The notes: generated by a model from the letters alone, not told the origin. A stretch of DNA of 64,000 nt from the human T2T-CHM13v2.0 reference genome, Homo sapiens (GCF_009914755.1 NC_060941.1), one strand, 5' to 3'; counted from the stretch's first letter, positions 1 to 18,127 are shown. Numbers and translations: made by a program.

Positions 1-2352
<2,352 letters not shown>

Positions 2353-3096
2353 GAATATTCATCACAACGTTGTTGTTGCAAAACAATTGAAAATAACCCA
2401 AATTATAGAAATAGAGGTTTAATGAAAGAAATTGTGACTTACATGTTTAATGATATACTGTGCCACCATTAAAACAGATAAAGCAGGATGTTAGTCTTCA
2501 TTATGTAAAAGATTGTATGGCACAATATGCAGGAAAAACAGGAAGCAGATCACAGAACAGTATGGTTCTACTGATGTGAAACGGGCATATCATATATACA
2601 GGAAATCGCTAGAGGAAAAAACACAACAATTGTCAGAGGCGTTAACTCTGAACAGTGTGATTTTTGGTGCAGTGAAGGAACATTTGGATTTTTATTTCCT
2701 ACTTGACAAAATAATATCGTCTGAATGTTTCCACTATTAGGTATAACATTCTGAATAATTTTTAAAATAAATATATTTACACTGGGAAGGAAGGAAGACA
2801 GGCATGCATGCATCCCTCCTTTCCAGGAACTACATTTATGGGTATGTATTTTCTAAGCAAGGAGCTTTGAGAGAGCTAAGTAAGACTTTGGAGGAGAAGG
2901 TTATATTGGATATTCTACATTGAAAATTCTAAGGACCTGATTGTAATACAAACATTTACTCTTTCAAAAACTTTATCATATGTGTGAGGAAGGTAACATT
3001 AAATGAGAGAAAAAGGCATGGCAGGGAATGGAGATGAAACCTTCCTTTTATGACCTTAAGATATATCATATATGTATGAACGTAGTTTTAATTTAG

Positions 3097-3453
<357 letters not shown>

Positions 3454-3929
3454 AACATCCAGCAGGATTCTTTTGTGGTAGCGGAGAGAAGAAAATGAAG
3501 GTGAAAGGCAAACAAATGAATGAAATAATCCATTGCACTAGGCCTATGGTTTTGGTTTTTTTAAAAAACTTTTTAACAAGTTTTTAACAAAACAACAACA
3601 AAACAAAACAAAGAAACAAACAAAAAATTTTCCCCTATTCTGATCTGCAGGGAATCTCATGTCCTCACCAGAAATATTGCAGAAATACTCTTGGTCACTT
3701 AGGCTGTGATTGACCGACTGGACATTCTTTGTAGAATGCTGCTTGCCAGGCACACAGAACTACAAGGCTTTAACTCTATCCAGAAAGTAGGCACAGCCAA
3801 AAACAGGGTAAAACTTGCACAGGGCTTGCTTGGCAGAACCTGACTTCATATTAACATCTTTGTTCATCTCTATAGAAACTATCATCATGTGGTATATATA
3901 ATGCTTATTTACTTTGTCTACTTTTATAG

Positions 3930-4040
3930 CATGTGAGTTGCATGAGTGCAGAGACTTTTGTCCATTTTGTCCACCAATGCCTTGGAAGACTGTCCAGATC
4001 ATAGAGGTACTCTAATAAGTATTTGTTGAATGAATAAATT
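3930..4040 (+). mobile_element. L2 3'-end fragment
   Basis: Ends in the typical L2 tail '…ctctaataagtatttgttgaatgaataa'. Confidence 0.55.
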
Positions 4041-4195
4041 ATGTAGGGTTTCCTAGTAGGACAAATATGTAACACCGATCTTCAAGCATCAGGAGATAGG
4101 AAAAATAGTTGTGGCTGAATTTTTCCTGGTTACTGTCTTCATGGGAAATTTTCCTCAGTCCAGAAAAGGCAGGAAAGGAGGGACCCCATTACCTC

Positions 4196-5143
4196 TCAGG
4201 TCAGTGATCTCCTCCCCAAAAATATTTGCCACAGAGCACCCTGAACATCAGGGTTTCTGAGGCTGTAGATAAGAGGGTTCAGCATAGGGTTGATAACAGT
4301 GTTGAAAACTCCAACCCCTTTATCCTTGTCTGAAGCCTCCTCTGAACCCAGTCTCATGTAGTTGAAGATACCTCTTCCAAAGAAAAGACAAACCACGGTG
4401 AGGTGGGAGCCACACGTGGAGAAGGCCTTCTTTCGGCCCTCCACTGAACGGATTCGTAGAACTGCAGCTGCCACGTGGCTGTAGGCGGTGATGATGAGAA
4501 CCAAAGGTGTGCCTGCCATGATGAAACCCACAGCAAAGAGCAGCAGCTCATTGAGTTGGGTGCTGGAGCAGGAGAGCTGGAAGAGCTGTGGGACGTCACA
4601 GTAGAAGTGATTGACCTCATTGGGGCCACAGAAGTTGAGCGTGGACATGGCCACAGTGTGGGTCAGTGCGTTGGTGAAGGCACAAGCCAAGGACGCAGCC
4701 ACCAACATCCTCTGGACTGTCTGACTCATGCGGGTGCTGTAGGTGAGGGGCTGGCAGATGGCCAGGAGTCGGTCATAGGCCATGGCGGTCAGCAGGAAGC
4801 AGTCCATCCCAGCCAGAAGGTGGAAGAAGAAGAGCTGGGAGAGGCAGGCGTCATAGGAAATTGTGGACTTGTGGGACAAGAGACGACCCAACATTGCAGG
4901 AACAGTGACAGTGATACATCCGACATCCAGCACTGACAGGTTCCCCAGGAAGAAGTACATGGGGGCGTGGAGTTTGGGCTCCACCAAGACGGCTGCCAGG
5001 ATGCTGAGGTTGCCCCCAGTTGTGACCAGATAGGCAAAGAGGAGGAGCACAAAGACAACTGGCTGCATCTCTTCTGTTTGCACTAGGCCCAGTAGAATGA
5101 ACTCAGCAACAGCGGTCCTATTGGTCCCAGCTTCTGGCTCCAT
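4196..5143 (-). CDS. OR3A2: Olfactory receptor 3A2 (315 aa from MEPEAG; the ORF can be extended to 5161, 321 aa)
   Basis: Intronless 7TM ORF with OR motifs [30 protein letters not shown] and [12 protein letters not shown]; N-glycosylation site NRT. The sequence is recognised as OR3A2. Confidence 0.93.
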   Translation of the reverse strand: MEPEAGTNRTAVAEFILLGLVQTEEMQPVVFVLLLFAYLVTTGGNLSILAAVLVEPKLHAPMYFFLGNLSVLDVGCITVTVPAMLGRLLSHKSTISYDACLSQLFFFHLLAGMDCFLLTAMAYDRLLAICQPLTYSTRMSQTVQRMLVAASLACAFTNALTHTVAMSTLNFCGPNEVNHFYCDVPQLFQLSCSSTQLNELLLFAVGFIMAGTPLVLIITAYSHVAAAVLRIRSVEGRKKAFSTCGSHLTVVCLFFGRGIFNYMRLGSEEASDKDKGVGVFNTVINPMLNPLIYSLRNPDVQGALWQIFLGRRSLT

Positions 5144-5165
5144 GAGTTTCTGTAAGGACATGTCC
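5144..5165 (-). promoter_or_regulatory. Probable splice acceptor of the OR3A2 coding exon
   Basis: The minus strand reads tgtccttacag|AAACTCATG. The same arrangement (AG 6 nt before ATG) occurs in OR3A1. Confidence 0.7.
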
Positions 5166-5384
5166 CAGCAGGGGAGGTATCAGTTCACTCAGTTCACTTA
5201 TTCAACATTAATATTTTAAACCATTTATGTTCAAAGCCCCAGGGCGAGTCCCCAGGCCATCCCTCACTCGTTGACCTCCTCCATCACCTCAATGCCTTTA
5301 CCTTGCTCTTGGTTGACATGCCCAATGCCACCACCACCTTGTCCTCCTCATCCTCTGCTAGCTGAAAAGGTCAGAATACCTGGA

Positions 5385-5600
5385 ACAACATGAGAACTAT
5401 AGTTAATAAAGTGTATTGCATTCAGGATTTTTGCTGAGTAGATTACAGCTGTCCTCGCCACAGGGGGGAAATGGGTAACTATGTGAGATGATGAATATGT
5501 TAATTTGTTTCACTATAGTAACCATTTTACTAACTACAAGTATCTCATAACATCATGTTCTGTACCTTAAATATAGACAAAAACTTTGTTTTAAAAAACA
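5385..5600 (+). mobile_element. Old L1 (L1MA/MB-type) 3'UTR fragment
   Basis: 'actatagttaataa…gtaactatgtgagatgatgaatatgttaatttg…catcatgttctgtaccttaaatata' resembles L1M 3' ends. Confidence 0.65.
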
Positions 5601-5724
5601 TACAAGGCTTCCTCTATGAATATAGTTAGATTTAGATGAAGTTTTCCTATTGCTCTCTGAGGGATCATCCCAAACTAATAAGCAGGTTTCAAAATAGAAA
5701 TCCAGAGAAAGTAGAATGCATTTA

Positions 5725-6042
<318 letters not shown>

Positions 6043-6485
6043 CACCTAGGTTTAAAGGCTTCTAGACATAATAAAGGTCAAGCAAAGCTGTAGCAAGAAT
6101 CAGAGAGAAGGTATTCATGATTGTGGATATCAGAAAGACCAGCCAAGTACATTTCTTCAAGGTGAGGGACCACACTCTGAAGTATCAACTCAACATTTCT
6201 TGTTCAATAAATTGTTAATGTTATTGTTACTTAAGCCCCTACAATGGACTTTGACTAATGACTTACTGTAAAATGATGTTTTTCTGTGTGTATTATCTGC
6301 TATTCCTCTCTAAAACCAAAGTTGTGGTCATAGCCTGTGGGTTGGTTGCCGCCAGGTGCAGTTACATTCTGCATTGCACAGTCACTGTCCTTCCCTTGTC
6401 CTTGACTTAGGCACGGTAGGTTGACCAATGGCTCTAATGATACATCCTGAAATGACGAAGGCATGTACTTGGAAAACCACGCTGA

Positions 6486-6797
<312 letters not shown>

Positions 6798-7425
6798 CAT
6801 CTTTCAGATTTTATATCCTACTCCAGATCAAAAAACATCAATGTCTCTATTGCCCATGGAATAAGCCAGGCCAGAGGTTCTTTAAAAGCAATGTTACTCC
6901 CTTGCATAGAATAGACCGGAATCAGAGGATGGGAAGCAGCTGGAGGGGAACAGTGATGATTGCCTGAGCTGGGGCAGTGAAATGCAGAGGCAGGAATGAT
7001 TAAGGAGGTTCCAGAAATCAGAAACGCTGTAGCAGCAGTATGACTGATATGACTGCCTAGGGGTGTGGTCACCAAAATGATGTTTAAATCCTTTGTTCAT
7101 AAAAGTGGGAATTGAGTGCACGGGTTGGTGGCACGGTCTTAACTGGTCTCACTAAGATCTGGAAAGCAGAAGAGGCAGGAGTGAATGAGAAGCCATCCGG
7201 GCAGGCTGACTGTGCAGTGTTTAGGTGGGACTTTAAAAGCAAGAAGCCGGCATTATCAGCAGTTCCTCAGCCTCTGGTGAGCACTGACTAGGGAAGTCAA
7301 GGGAAAATGTACTCACAATCCTGGAACAAGTGACTTACAGCCAGTATCAACCTTGGCTGCACATTAGATTTATGTGGGAGCCCCCAAAACTCCTGTTGTC
7401 CAGAATTTACCCACAGGCCGATTAA

Positions 7426-7759
<334 letters not shown>

Positions 7760-8039
7760 AGCATCAGGATTTTTCAAAGCACCCACCTGATCACTGCTGT
7801 CTTAGCATTTAACTGAGCAGATACTTCCAACAACTAGCTCTTTCTTGCCACTCCCTCAAATTAAGAGTTTTGTTTGTTTGTTTTGTTTTCTCTCATTTTA
7901 CTTTTACTGATAACCCTGAAGGGAGAGCAGGAAATACTTTATAAAATGACACACAGAAAAGTTACAAAAATTTAAGATACCTTGCAAAGGTTTGGTGGTA
8001 TTTCCAGCCTCGATTTCCAACTCTGTTAAATTAGATTCT

Positions 8040-8210
8040 TAGTCCCCATGCTTATTGGAATCACCTGGGATGCTTTAAGAAGAAAATACTGATGCTCAGG
8101 CCTTTCACCAAGAATTTTGATTTAATTGGTTTAATTGGTGGTACCTGGGTATGGGTGTTTCCTTAGCGCCTCCCAGGTGGTTCTAATGCCCAGCCAGGAC
8201 AGAGAACTCT
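8040..8210. mobile_element. MER5-like DNA transposon fragment
   Basis: 'tggaatcacctggga…aatactgatgctcagg…gatttaattggt…cccaggtggttctaatg' follows the MER5 pattern. Confidence 0.55.
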
Positions 8211-8361
8211 GCCAGATTTGCAGCCTGGGAGGCATGATGATGGCTTGTTTCCCTCTTCATTGTTTTTCTCCATACCGGACATGAAGGTCACCAGCCCTTT
8301 TAGGTGATCCAGCCACTTCCACAAAGACTCCTCCGCCTACGCTTAGAATCAAGGTAATCTC

Positions 8362-8648
<287 letters not shown>

Positions 8649-9211
8649 TCAAGATAGTCTCTAAAGACTGACCCGCAGTTTCATGTGGATAACGTGCATC
8701 TCACTGGAGTCTCTACAGCAAGGGGATGTCTCCAATGTGGGCTGTCTCGATGACCAGCCTTCCAAATGAGGTCTCCACTGTGTGTGCTCAGGCCACGGGG
8801 AAGCTGCAGAGGGGATGCCACATGGGTGAGAATGTGGATGCGGTGATCTCCAAGAGGTCCTTAAAGTTCTAAGATCACATGACTTGGAGGAGGGCAGAAA
8901 TCATCCTCTGGCCTGATTATCACTGACAGAGGTGGTAACTGATAATGCTTTGCAAATCAACAAATCAAAGGGTGATAGCTCTTTACATATGTTATATTAA
9001 AGGATAGTTGACTACTTCCCTTTTTCCTGTCAGGTCCATTTTAACAGAAGCATTGGACAGCAACCCTGTGATCTTCCAGCTCCTTGCTCATGCTGTTTTC
9101 CCCACCTGCAGTGGTTTCCCTCCAACGGCACATGCCCAGATATTTCACAACTTGACTCAAATGCTGACTGATGAATTAATCCTTCCTTGAAACTTCTCCA
9201 TCTAAAAAGAA

Positions 9212-9280
9212 TCTCTCTCTCCTTCTTCCTCTCTTCTGCTCTCCTCTTCTCTCTGTCTCTTTCTCTCTCTCTCTCTCCTC
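9212..9280 (+). repeat. CT-rich simple repeat
   Basis: Degenerate (TC)n tract. Confidence 0.7.
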
Positions 9281-9441
9281 ACCCCCTAAACTATCAATAT
9301 ACACCATTTCTTGGAATTTATGACTGTTTACATTTTGGGTGAGTCACTTCTTTATAGAGTCTGTCTCTGTAAGTGACTTGAGGACAGAATACGTTTGATT
9401 CATTTTCAATAGCAATAATCATCATAACACTTTACACATAG

Positions 9442-9771
<330 letters not shown>

Positions 9772-11055
9772 TAAATAAATGGATGGTTAAAATGTGTACG
9801 ATATCATCAGTATGAGCTAGAGTTCTCAGGGAAGACTTTCTGGACACACTGGAATTTGTCATGGCTTAGTGTGCTTTAGGGGAGGTCCAGGTTAAGTGCA
9901 GGGTTCAAGGCTGTGGCAGGGACTCCTCTGTGTTAACAGGACAAGCGGGTCATGGACCAATCCACATCTTCTTTTTACTTAAACCTCCCAAAACAATACG
10001 GCCCTTAGGAGGGGCCACACCTTACAGACAAGTAAGTCATGGTCAGGGGTAGAAGAACCACTAAACAGCTGTTGCCAACCCTCAGACAGCTAGAGATACA
10101 ATTGCTTAAAACCAGGGGGATTCTGGGATGACCTCAGGTCACCCTGAGACACCCAGAGGGTCTGACAGGGTCCCCACGAGGCCCACTGGGGAGCCCTCCT
10201 GCACGACCACTCTCGAGGCTCCCCTTACGAGCTGTGACAGCTCCCTGCTCTGGAACTCCAGCCCATCCCTCACGCGCCCAACATGACGAGGCTCAAGGAC
10301 TTCGCTGGAGCGAGGGTTCCCCGCTGCCTGATGCAGTGGGTGCGGGCAGTGAACTGGTCTGAGCGAGTCTTCTCGCACTCACGCTAACAGGCAGCAGGCT
10401 TCATCTGAGAGAGGCGAGCACGGGGAAAACCACAAAAGAACCCAGGACCTCCGGGCTGTAGTCCCAGGTCTTCCCCTAAATGGCTTTCCCTGTCAGGGGC
10501 ATCCATCGCACCAGGCTTACTAAGCTGATGGCAACAGAAGCCCCTTCTCTATCTTGCAGGAGCAGAGGAAGGACTCAGGAGAACACTCACCCTGGCAAGG
10601 GCACGGAAGCCACTGAGGTTTCTTCAGGAAAGAAGGGGAGGAGCTGCGCACACCCCGTTATCCTCCCGGAGAGCGAGTGAGGGGCTAATGACTGAGAAAT
10701 GAGAGGAATCAAGCTGCTGTCTTCTCTGTACAGGGCTGTGTTCACTACAGCATTCTCCTCTGGGGCACTCAGAAACTGGCCCTCCTAGGAGAGAGAAGGA
10801 TGGGGGGAGAGACACGGAAAAGGAGACACCTCAGGCCCTTCATACTCATGGCAACGATGCCTCACACCTTCTGGTATTTAGACTTTCTCACAAGGAAGGC
10901 TTTGCCTCTAGCCCTGGCTTTGTGGGCAGGTTGTTACGGCAGATGATGTCGGCTCTGCTTAATGTGGGTCACTGAGGCCTACAGGACTTGCCTATGTCCT
11001 CAAAGTCCCCCAGGAAGGGAGAGGTGCAGCTGGAGACTCTATATGGGCTTTCTAA

Positions 11056-11327
<272 letters not shown>

Positions 11328-11769
11328 CTTCTTTCTCAGATATCAACCAGGGCATTTGAGCAGAGACAAGCCAATTCCTGAACTTGTCTTGGACCTGGGG
11401 AGGTAGGAGGAGGCCCCAGAAGGGAGATAAGAGGGAAAAGCTTTCTTCAAAGCCGGTTTCCTGTTGAGCCCTCAGTAGTGAGGCGCTTTCTCTCCTGGGG
11501 CCTTGTTAGTGGGGGCCACTTGGACTGTGTCTTGGGGATCCTATAATGATTCTAGAGGTGGTGGGAGATGAGCCCTATGATGCTAGCAGGACTACTGGGA
11601 AGGTGCCTATCAACATGATTTTCTAAGTCCGGCCCTGAGGAATTGAGAGGCCTGGTGAAGGTGGCAGGTTAATGAACAGAAGCTGTGGGAAGATGTAGGC
11701 GTGTGTTCCTCTGACTCCTCTTCCCACTAACATTCCCTCGCCTAAGAGAGAGGGCTCCTTCTTCTCCCA

Positions 11770-11950
11770 CCAGGGAGTTGTGGTGCAGTAGAAAAAGCAG
11801 AATAGACAAACCTGTTCTTCTGATTATTAGTGGTTTGACTTTGTACAAGCTGCAAAGTCAGTTTTGGGGCCTCAGTTTCCTCATCTGTAAAATGAGATAT
11901 CCTTCCTCACAGAGCACTGCTGTGAACATTACATTCATTAAGTTGCTAAT
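11770..11950 (+). mobile_element. MIR
   Basis: MIR core 'gcctcagtttcctcatctgtaaaatgag'. Confidence 0.75.
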
Positions 11951-12003
11951 AGAGGTTCAACAATTTATCTACATATGAATTGATAACATTTATGAGTATC
12001 TGT

Positions 12004-12310
<307 letters not shown>

Positions 12311-12419
12311 CAGACAAACAGGAACCATTTATGAGTGTTTGTCATGTACATGGTAACATGCTAAGAATACAACAAGCCTGGAGTCTCAGTCTTCACAATT
12401 CTATGAAGTAGATTTTCTC

Positions 12420-13572
12420 TTTTTTAATATACTCTAAGTTCTGGGGTACATGTGCAGAATGTGCAGGTTCGTTACATAGGTATACGTGTGCCATGGTGGT
12501 TTGCTGCACCCATCAACCTGTCTTCTACATTAGGTATTTCTCTTAATGCTATCCCTCCCCTTGCCCCCCACCCCCCAAGAGGCCCTGGTGTGTGGTCTTC
12601 CCGTCCCTGCGTCCATGTGTTCTCATTATTCAACTCCCACTTATGAGTGAGAACATGTGGTGTTTGGTTTTCTGTTCTTGTGTTAGTTTGCTGAGAATGA
12701 TGGTTTCCAGCTTCATCCATGTCCCTGCAAAGGTCATGAACTCATCCTTTTTTATGGCTGCATAGTATTCCATGGTGTATATGTGCCACATTTTCTTTAT
12801 CCAGTCTGTCCCTGATGGGCATTTGGCTTGGTTCCAAGTCTTTGATATTGTGAACAGTGCTACAATAAACATACATGTGCATGTGTCTTTATAGTAGAAT
12901 GATTTATATTCCTTTGGGTATATACTCAGTAAGGGGATTGGTGGGTCAAATGGTATTTCTAGTTCTAGATCCTTGAGGAATCGCCACACTGTCTTCCACA
13001 ATAGTTGAATTAGTTTACACTCCCACCAACAGTGTAAAAGCATTCCTATTTCTCCACATCCTCTCCAGCATCTATTGTTTCCTGTTGTTTCCTGACTTTT
13101 TAATGATAGCCATTCTAACTGGTGTGAGATGATATCTCATTGTGGTTTTGATTTGCATTTCTCTAATGACCAGTGATGACGAGATTTTTTTCATGTTTGT
13201 TGGCTGCATAAATGTCTTCTTTTGAGAAGTGTCTGTTCATATCCTTCGCTCACTTTTTGATGGGGTTGTTTTTTCTTGTAAATTTGTTTAAGTTCTTTGT
13301 AGATTCTGGATATTAGCTCTTTGTCAGATGGATAGATTGCAAAAATTTTCTCCCATTCCGTAGGTTGCCTGTTCACTCTGATGGTAGTTTCTTTTGCTGT
13401 GCAGAAGCTCTTTCATTAGATCCCATTTGTCAGTTTCGGCTTTTGTTGCCATTGCTTTTGGTGTTTTAGACATGAAGTCCATGCCCATGCCTATGTCCTG
13501 AATGGTATTGCCTAGATTTTCTTCTAGGGTTTTTATGGTTTTAGGTCTTACATTTAAGTCTTTAATCCATCT
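12420..13572 (-). mobile_element. 5'-truncated L1PA (about PA6-8)
   Basis: ORF2 C-terminal fragments (12630..13043, 13191..13376) ending FSLISGS, plus an L1PA 3'UTR. Confidence 0.9.
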
Positions 13573-13675
13573 TGTGGTAGGTAGAAGAATGGGCCCCAGA
13601 GATATCCAACCTAAACCCTGGAATCTACTTTATATGGTAAAGGAGACTTTAAAGTTTGAGATCTTGGGATGGGGA

Positions 13676-13925
13676 CATCACTCAAATAATGTACACTGTA
13701 CTAATTAAGTAATTTCTCATCATCCACCCCCCTCCCACCCACCCACATTTCTGATACATCCACAGAGTGCAGAGTGGTCAGGTCAGGGTGTTTAGGGTTC
13801 CCATCACTCAAATAATGCACATTGTACCCATTAAGTAATTTATTCTCATCATCCACCCCCCTCCCACCCACTCCCATTTCTGATTTTCCATTGTCTATCC
13901 TTCCACTCTGCATCCATGTGTACAC
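13676..13925 (-). mobile_element. L1MA-type 3'UTR fragment with an ~80-bp internal duplication
   Basis: 'catcactcaaataatg…taagtaattt…ctcatcatccacccccctcccaccc…catttctgat' at 13676-13754 and 13802-13883. Confidence 0.65.
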
Positions 13926-14812
13926 GGTATTGTGTCTATATCTCTGCTGAGATTTTCATTCCTTGAAAACATGTTTAATTTTTTACCTAATTTGGGGTAA
14001 TTATAACAGCCATTTAAAATTTTCGTCTGTTAGTGTCAACATCTAGTTCATTTCAGAGTTGGACTTGCTGGATTTTCTTTTCTCTGGAGAATGTGTTGCA
14101 TTTTCTTGATTCTTCATATATTAATTCTGGACTGTATCCTGGACATTACGAATATTCAGTTCTGCTGGAGATTCTCAATTACATTATTTATCACGTGTCA
14201 TTTCCCATGTTTGATAGGTAATTCTCTTGGCGAGGCTTGAACTGCAAACTTGCTTCGTGGGTGGCAGCACTGGTCTCAGTTAAAATATTTTTACTTTTGC
14301 TGAATTTATGTTTTTCTATTATATATATATAATATCAATATACTGTATATGTAATCGAGCTTATATTAAATTTTATAATAAAATTATTGTGTTGAGACAA
14401 TTGTTATCTACTAGGAAAAAATTAGAGCATACATAACAATAAGCTCTAAATATATTAAATATTTGACTTAAAAAGAAATGTAAAAATACTAGAAAAACAT
14501 CAGACACATATTTATACAGCATTTAGATGAAAAAGCTCTTTTTCCTAAGCATGACATAAAACAAAGAAGATAAAGTTCATAAAATATAAAATTAATTTGG
14601 GCAGCAGTTACTCTAAACAAAATTAAAGACAAATGGGAAATTAGGAAATATGTTAGCAACATATATGGCAAAGAATTACCATTTTAAAACAGAAAAGGTT
14701 TCTACCAATCATTTACAAAAAGATAAACTATCACCAAAAGGGCAAAAAAAAAAAAAAAGACAAAAAAAGAAAAAGAAATCTGCAAAGAAGAAATACAAAT
14801 AACAAATAAATG

Positions 14813-15044
14813 CAGTTATGAGCTGTATAATGATGTTTTGGTCAACAAAGCCTGCATACATGGCAGTGGTCACAGCAATAGGCTATTAACAGGCTATTTC
14901 ATAGAGCCTAGGTGTTCAGTAGGCCATACCACCTAGGTTTGTGCAAGTACATTCTTACACAGGGGTAAGCGATGTTCGCACAACACAATCACCTAACAAT
15001 GCATTTCTCAGAATGTATCCCCGTCGTAGAGTGACACATGACTG
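14813..15044 (-). mobile_element. MER47A-like (Tigger-derived MITE)
   Basis: Terminal inverted repeats CAGTTATG… / …CATGACTG followed by TA; internal 'gcatttctcagaatgtatccccgtcgt' matches the MER47 end. Confidence 0.75.
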
Positions 15045-15577
15045 TACATAAAAATGTGTTCAACCACACCCATAATCAAAGAAATTCAAATTAAAAATAA
15101 TACAGTATTTCATCTAGTTTTCAAATATAAAAAGATATATATATAACATCCAATGAGGTCAAAGATGTGAAGCAACAAGCATTTGCATACACTGCCAATC
15201 TGGATGTAAAATGCTGTACATTTTTTGGCAAATACAAAGGCAGAATACTTATTAAACTTTAACTTTGCATTTGTATTTCTGATAGTGAACACGTACTTAT
15301 ACACAAACACACAAACTACGTTCATGAACTTAGCCACTGGAAATAATTTCAGATACTCAGCTATATATATAAATACTAATCTCAGTATTATTGGCAGTCG
15401 CAAAAATAGGAACTAAATTACATCAATGGGGTGTGGTTAAATAGATTATAATTTTACATAAATGGAATATTATGCAGCCTTTAAAATGGGTAAGATAGAT
15501 TTGTAGGCTCACATGTAAGAATTATACTATGCAATATAGACAGAGAAAAGTCAGATTACAACACAGTATGGTTTTGA

Positions 15578-15619
15578 ATGTGGGTGTGTTTGTGTGTGTG
15601 AGTGTGTGTTTGTGTGTGT
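15578..15619 (+). repeat. Interrupted (TG)n microsatellite
   Basis: Visible TG runs. Confidence 0.75.
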
Positions 15620-18127
15620 TCATTTGGAAAGCTAAACATGAAACTATTAACAGTAGTTACTTTTAAAGATAAGATTACTGTGCGGATGGTGCGGAAGGGT
15701 GGTGATGTTCTGTACTGTTTGTACATTTACAACATGATGTATTACATGGATAATAGAATTTTTAAGTAGCAAGGAGATTTCCAGTTTGAAATATAAAAGG
15801 GGAGAAAAATTCCAAATGAAATGGAATCTCCCAAATTGATAAAGAAACCGTGTGATCCTGGAGGGTGAACAGGGACCTGGGAATCAGGCCTTTGGCCATT
15901 GTCTATGATGCTGGACCCAGTGGCTCCATTCCACCCTAGTGGCAAGGCCAAGACCGAAATCTCTCCTTGAGGCTTGAAGTAAAGAGCCAGCTGAAGAAAT
16001 GCCAGAGGCACCAGATCTTTGGAGATAAACAGCAGGCTCAGTTTTGCTGCAGGGGTTAAATGTAGCCAAAGAAGTGATGGTGGAAGGTGTGGTAGCTCCC
16101 TCAGGGTAAACAGATACAGTCTTTCTATTCATTCAAACTAACAGACTCAGAGAAATCTCGCAGTGGAAGAACCTTAATATAACCTAGTGCTTTTGGTCAA
16201 GAACAGACCCAGAGGAACTCATCAACTTATTCAAGGTCAAGCGCGTCGTGAATGAGAGAAGGGATGAGATGAGAACCACATCCCAGGTCTTCCCCAACGG
16301 TCTTCTTGACCCTGGAAGAAGACTCACTCTTTGTGTCCCTGAAGTTTGTCTGATGATGCAATAAATCAGAAAAAGGCATCTTTTTCCTGTGTCTATTGAC
16401 GCCGTCAGCCAGCATGACTCAAAAGGTAGGGAGTGTTAAGTTGGGCAGTTCGTCACAAATTTTGATGACATTTTAGATACGTAGCTGGAGAAAATACCCA
16501 GCACTCTTTTCTTCTGTGTTTTCTCATCTAGTAAACCTTCTTCCTGACATCCTAGGAGCACCTCTGTTTAGAGAAAGAGAAAACGAGTCCTTGGTGTACT
16601 TTTTTTGTACACTTAGCATAACTTAAAATATCAATCACTTCCTTCTTAGTAGAGAAGACGGACTACAATGATGGCATCAGGAGTGCTGGAATTGGTTATT
16701 GCTGGAAAACATAGAATGGGAAGCCCACATCTCTCATGTGTGACCCACTTATTTTATGCCCCCGCTTTCTTCCTCTGATCTTTCAATACTCTCAAGGCAT
16801 CTTATCCAATTCCTCCATTCTTTCTCATTTCCCATTCTGTGTACCACGTTTGGTCCTAACCCCCTCCACTTGCAATTCTCTCCCAGTTCTCCCTATTCCT
16901 CATCTTTCCACTTCATTTTCCCACCAACTCTCCTCCTCCAGTCTTGTTTTGCTTCCCTCTTTTGTGTCTTTTCTCTTTATCTCTATCTTACTGCATCTAT
17001 TCAATCCCTCACCCCCATAAAATATTATAGAGAAGCCAAGTCACAGGTGCCAGTCAAAGGAAAGTTTTAGGAAAATGCATTTGGAAACAGCAGTGGCACA
17101 GCAGAGTTGCCAGGAATGGGCAATGAGTCCTAAATGGGAAGCTGAAAAGATACAGCGAAATCATGGCTGGTTTAACTTCAAGCAAGTTGAGCTAATGCTC
17201 TGGGTCAGAGCCACACTCCCCTACTGAGAAGGGACATTCAGGGTGACTCCTCACCATATGACTTGCATTTATAGTTATGGATTATCTCAGCAAGGAGGTT
17301 TGGAGACTAAGAGTGAGAGTTTTGGAGAAATTTTCATATTGAGTAGTCTTGGATTTTCTGAAATATGTAAATAATGCTTAGATTATAAATTCTTATCTTT
17401 TCAAAAAATTTGAAACACATGGGAGAAAAAGATGAGGAAAATTCATTTTTGTAACATAAGATATATAATACATATTAATGGAGTTTTAGCATTTGGAAAC
17501 AAGTCTGTGAGCTGCACACAGGTATCAGGTGCTCCAGAATTACTAGAGAATACATAATCATACAGCTTCCCCTCTGTCCCCTGTCTATGCTATGGGGTCC
17601 TTGTTTAATGGGAATAGAAAGAGCTACTTTTTTGTTTTTGTTTCTTTTTGTTTTATTTTTGCTTTTAGAGTTCTGATGGGAGAAATAAAACAATCCTAAT
17701 CTCTAGACCTATGTTTTATAAACAGACCAAGCACACCTGAACTTGAGGGAAAAATATGACTTCTGGCGGGGAGTTTTCTGGGGTACTTCTGGCAACTAAG
17801 GCTGTAACCAACCAAAGAGTCATTCCTTCTGGAACATGAACCTGTCAGCACTCACAGCTTCCTAGGTTTCACCTCTAGCCAGAAAGGAGAGAACACGGTG
17901 CCTGAAGCTGAATTTGTCTAAGGGGCTGGCTTGGCAGATCCTATACACTCATTGCTTATAATTGGACAGGGCTGCTTTCAGAAATGAAAACTATTATTCC
18001 CTACAAAAAGTCCTTCTTATGCCCATGAAACAGAAACAGGTGTGAACCATTTTTTTCCTAGTTTCTGGCTCTAGAAGACTTTTCCTTTAGTACAAGACAC
18101 AGGGAGAAAGGGTCAATTGAGACCTCC

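Noticed and set aside
4475-4936. Long antisense or alternative-frame ORFs over the OR genes (also 18335..18829, 36818..37177, 37193..37483)
   Set aside because: Shadow ORFs expected from GC3-rich, hydrophobic codon usage; no independent coding evidence.
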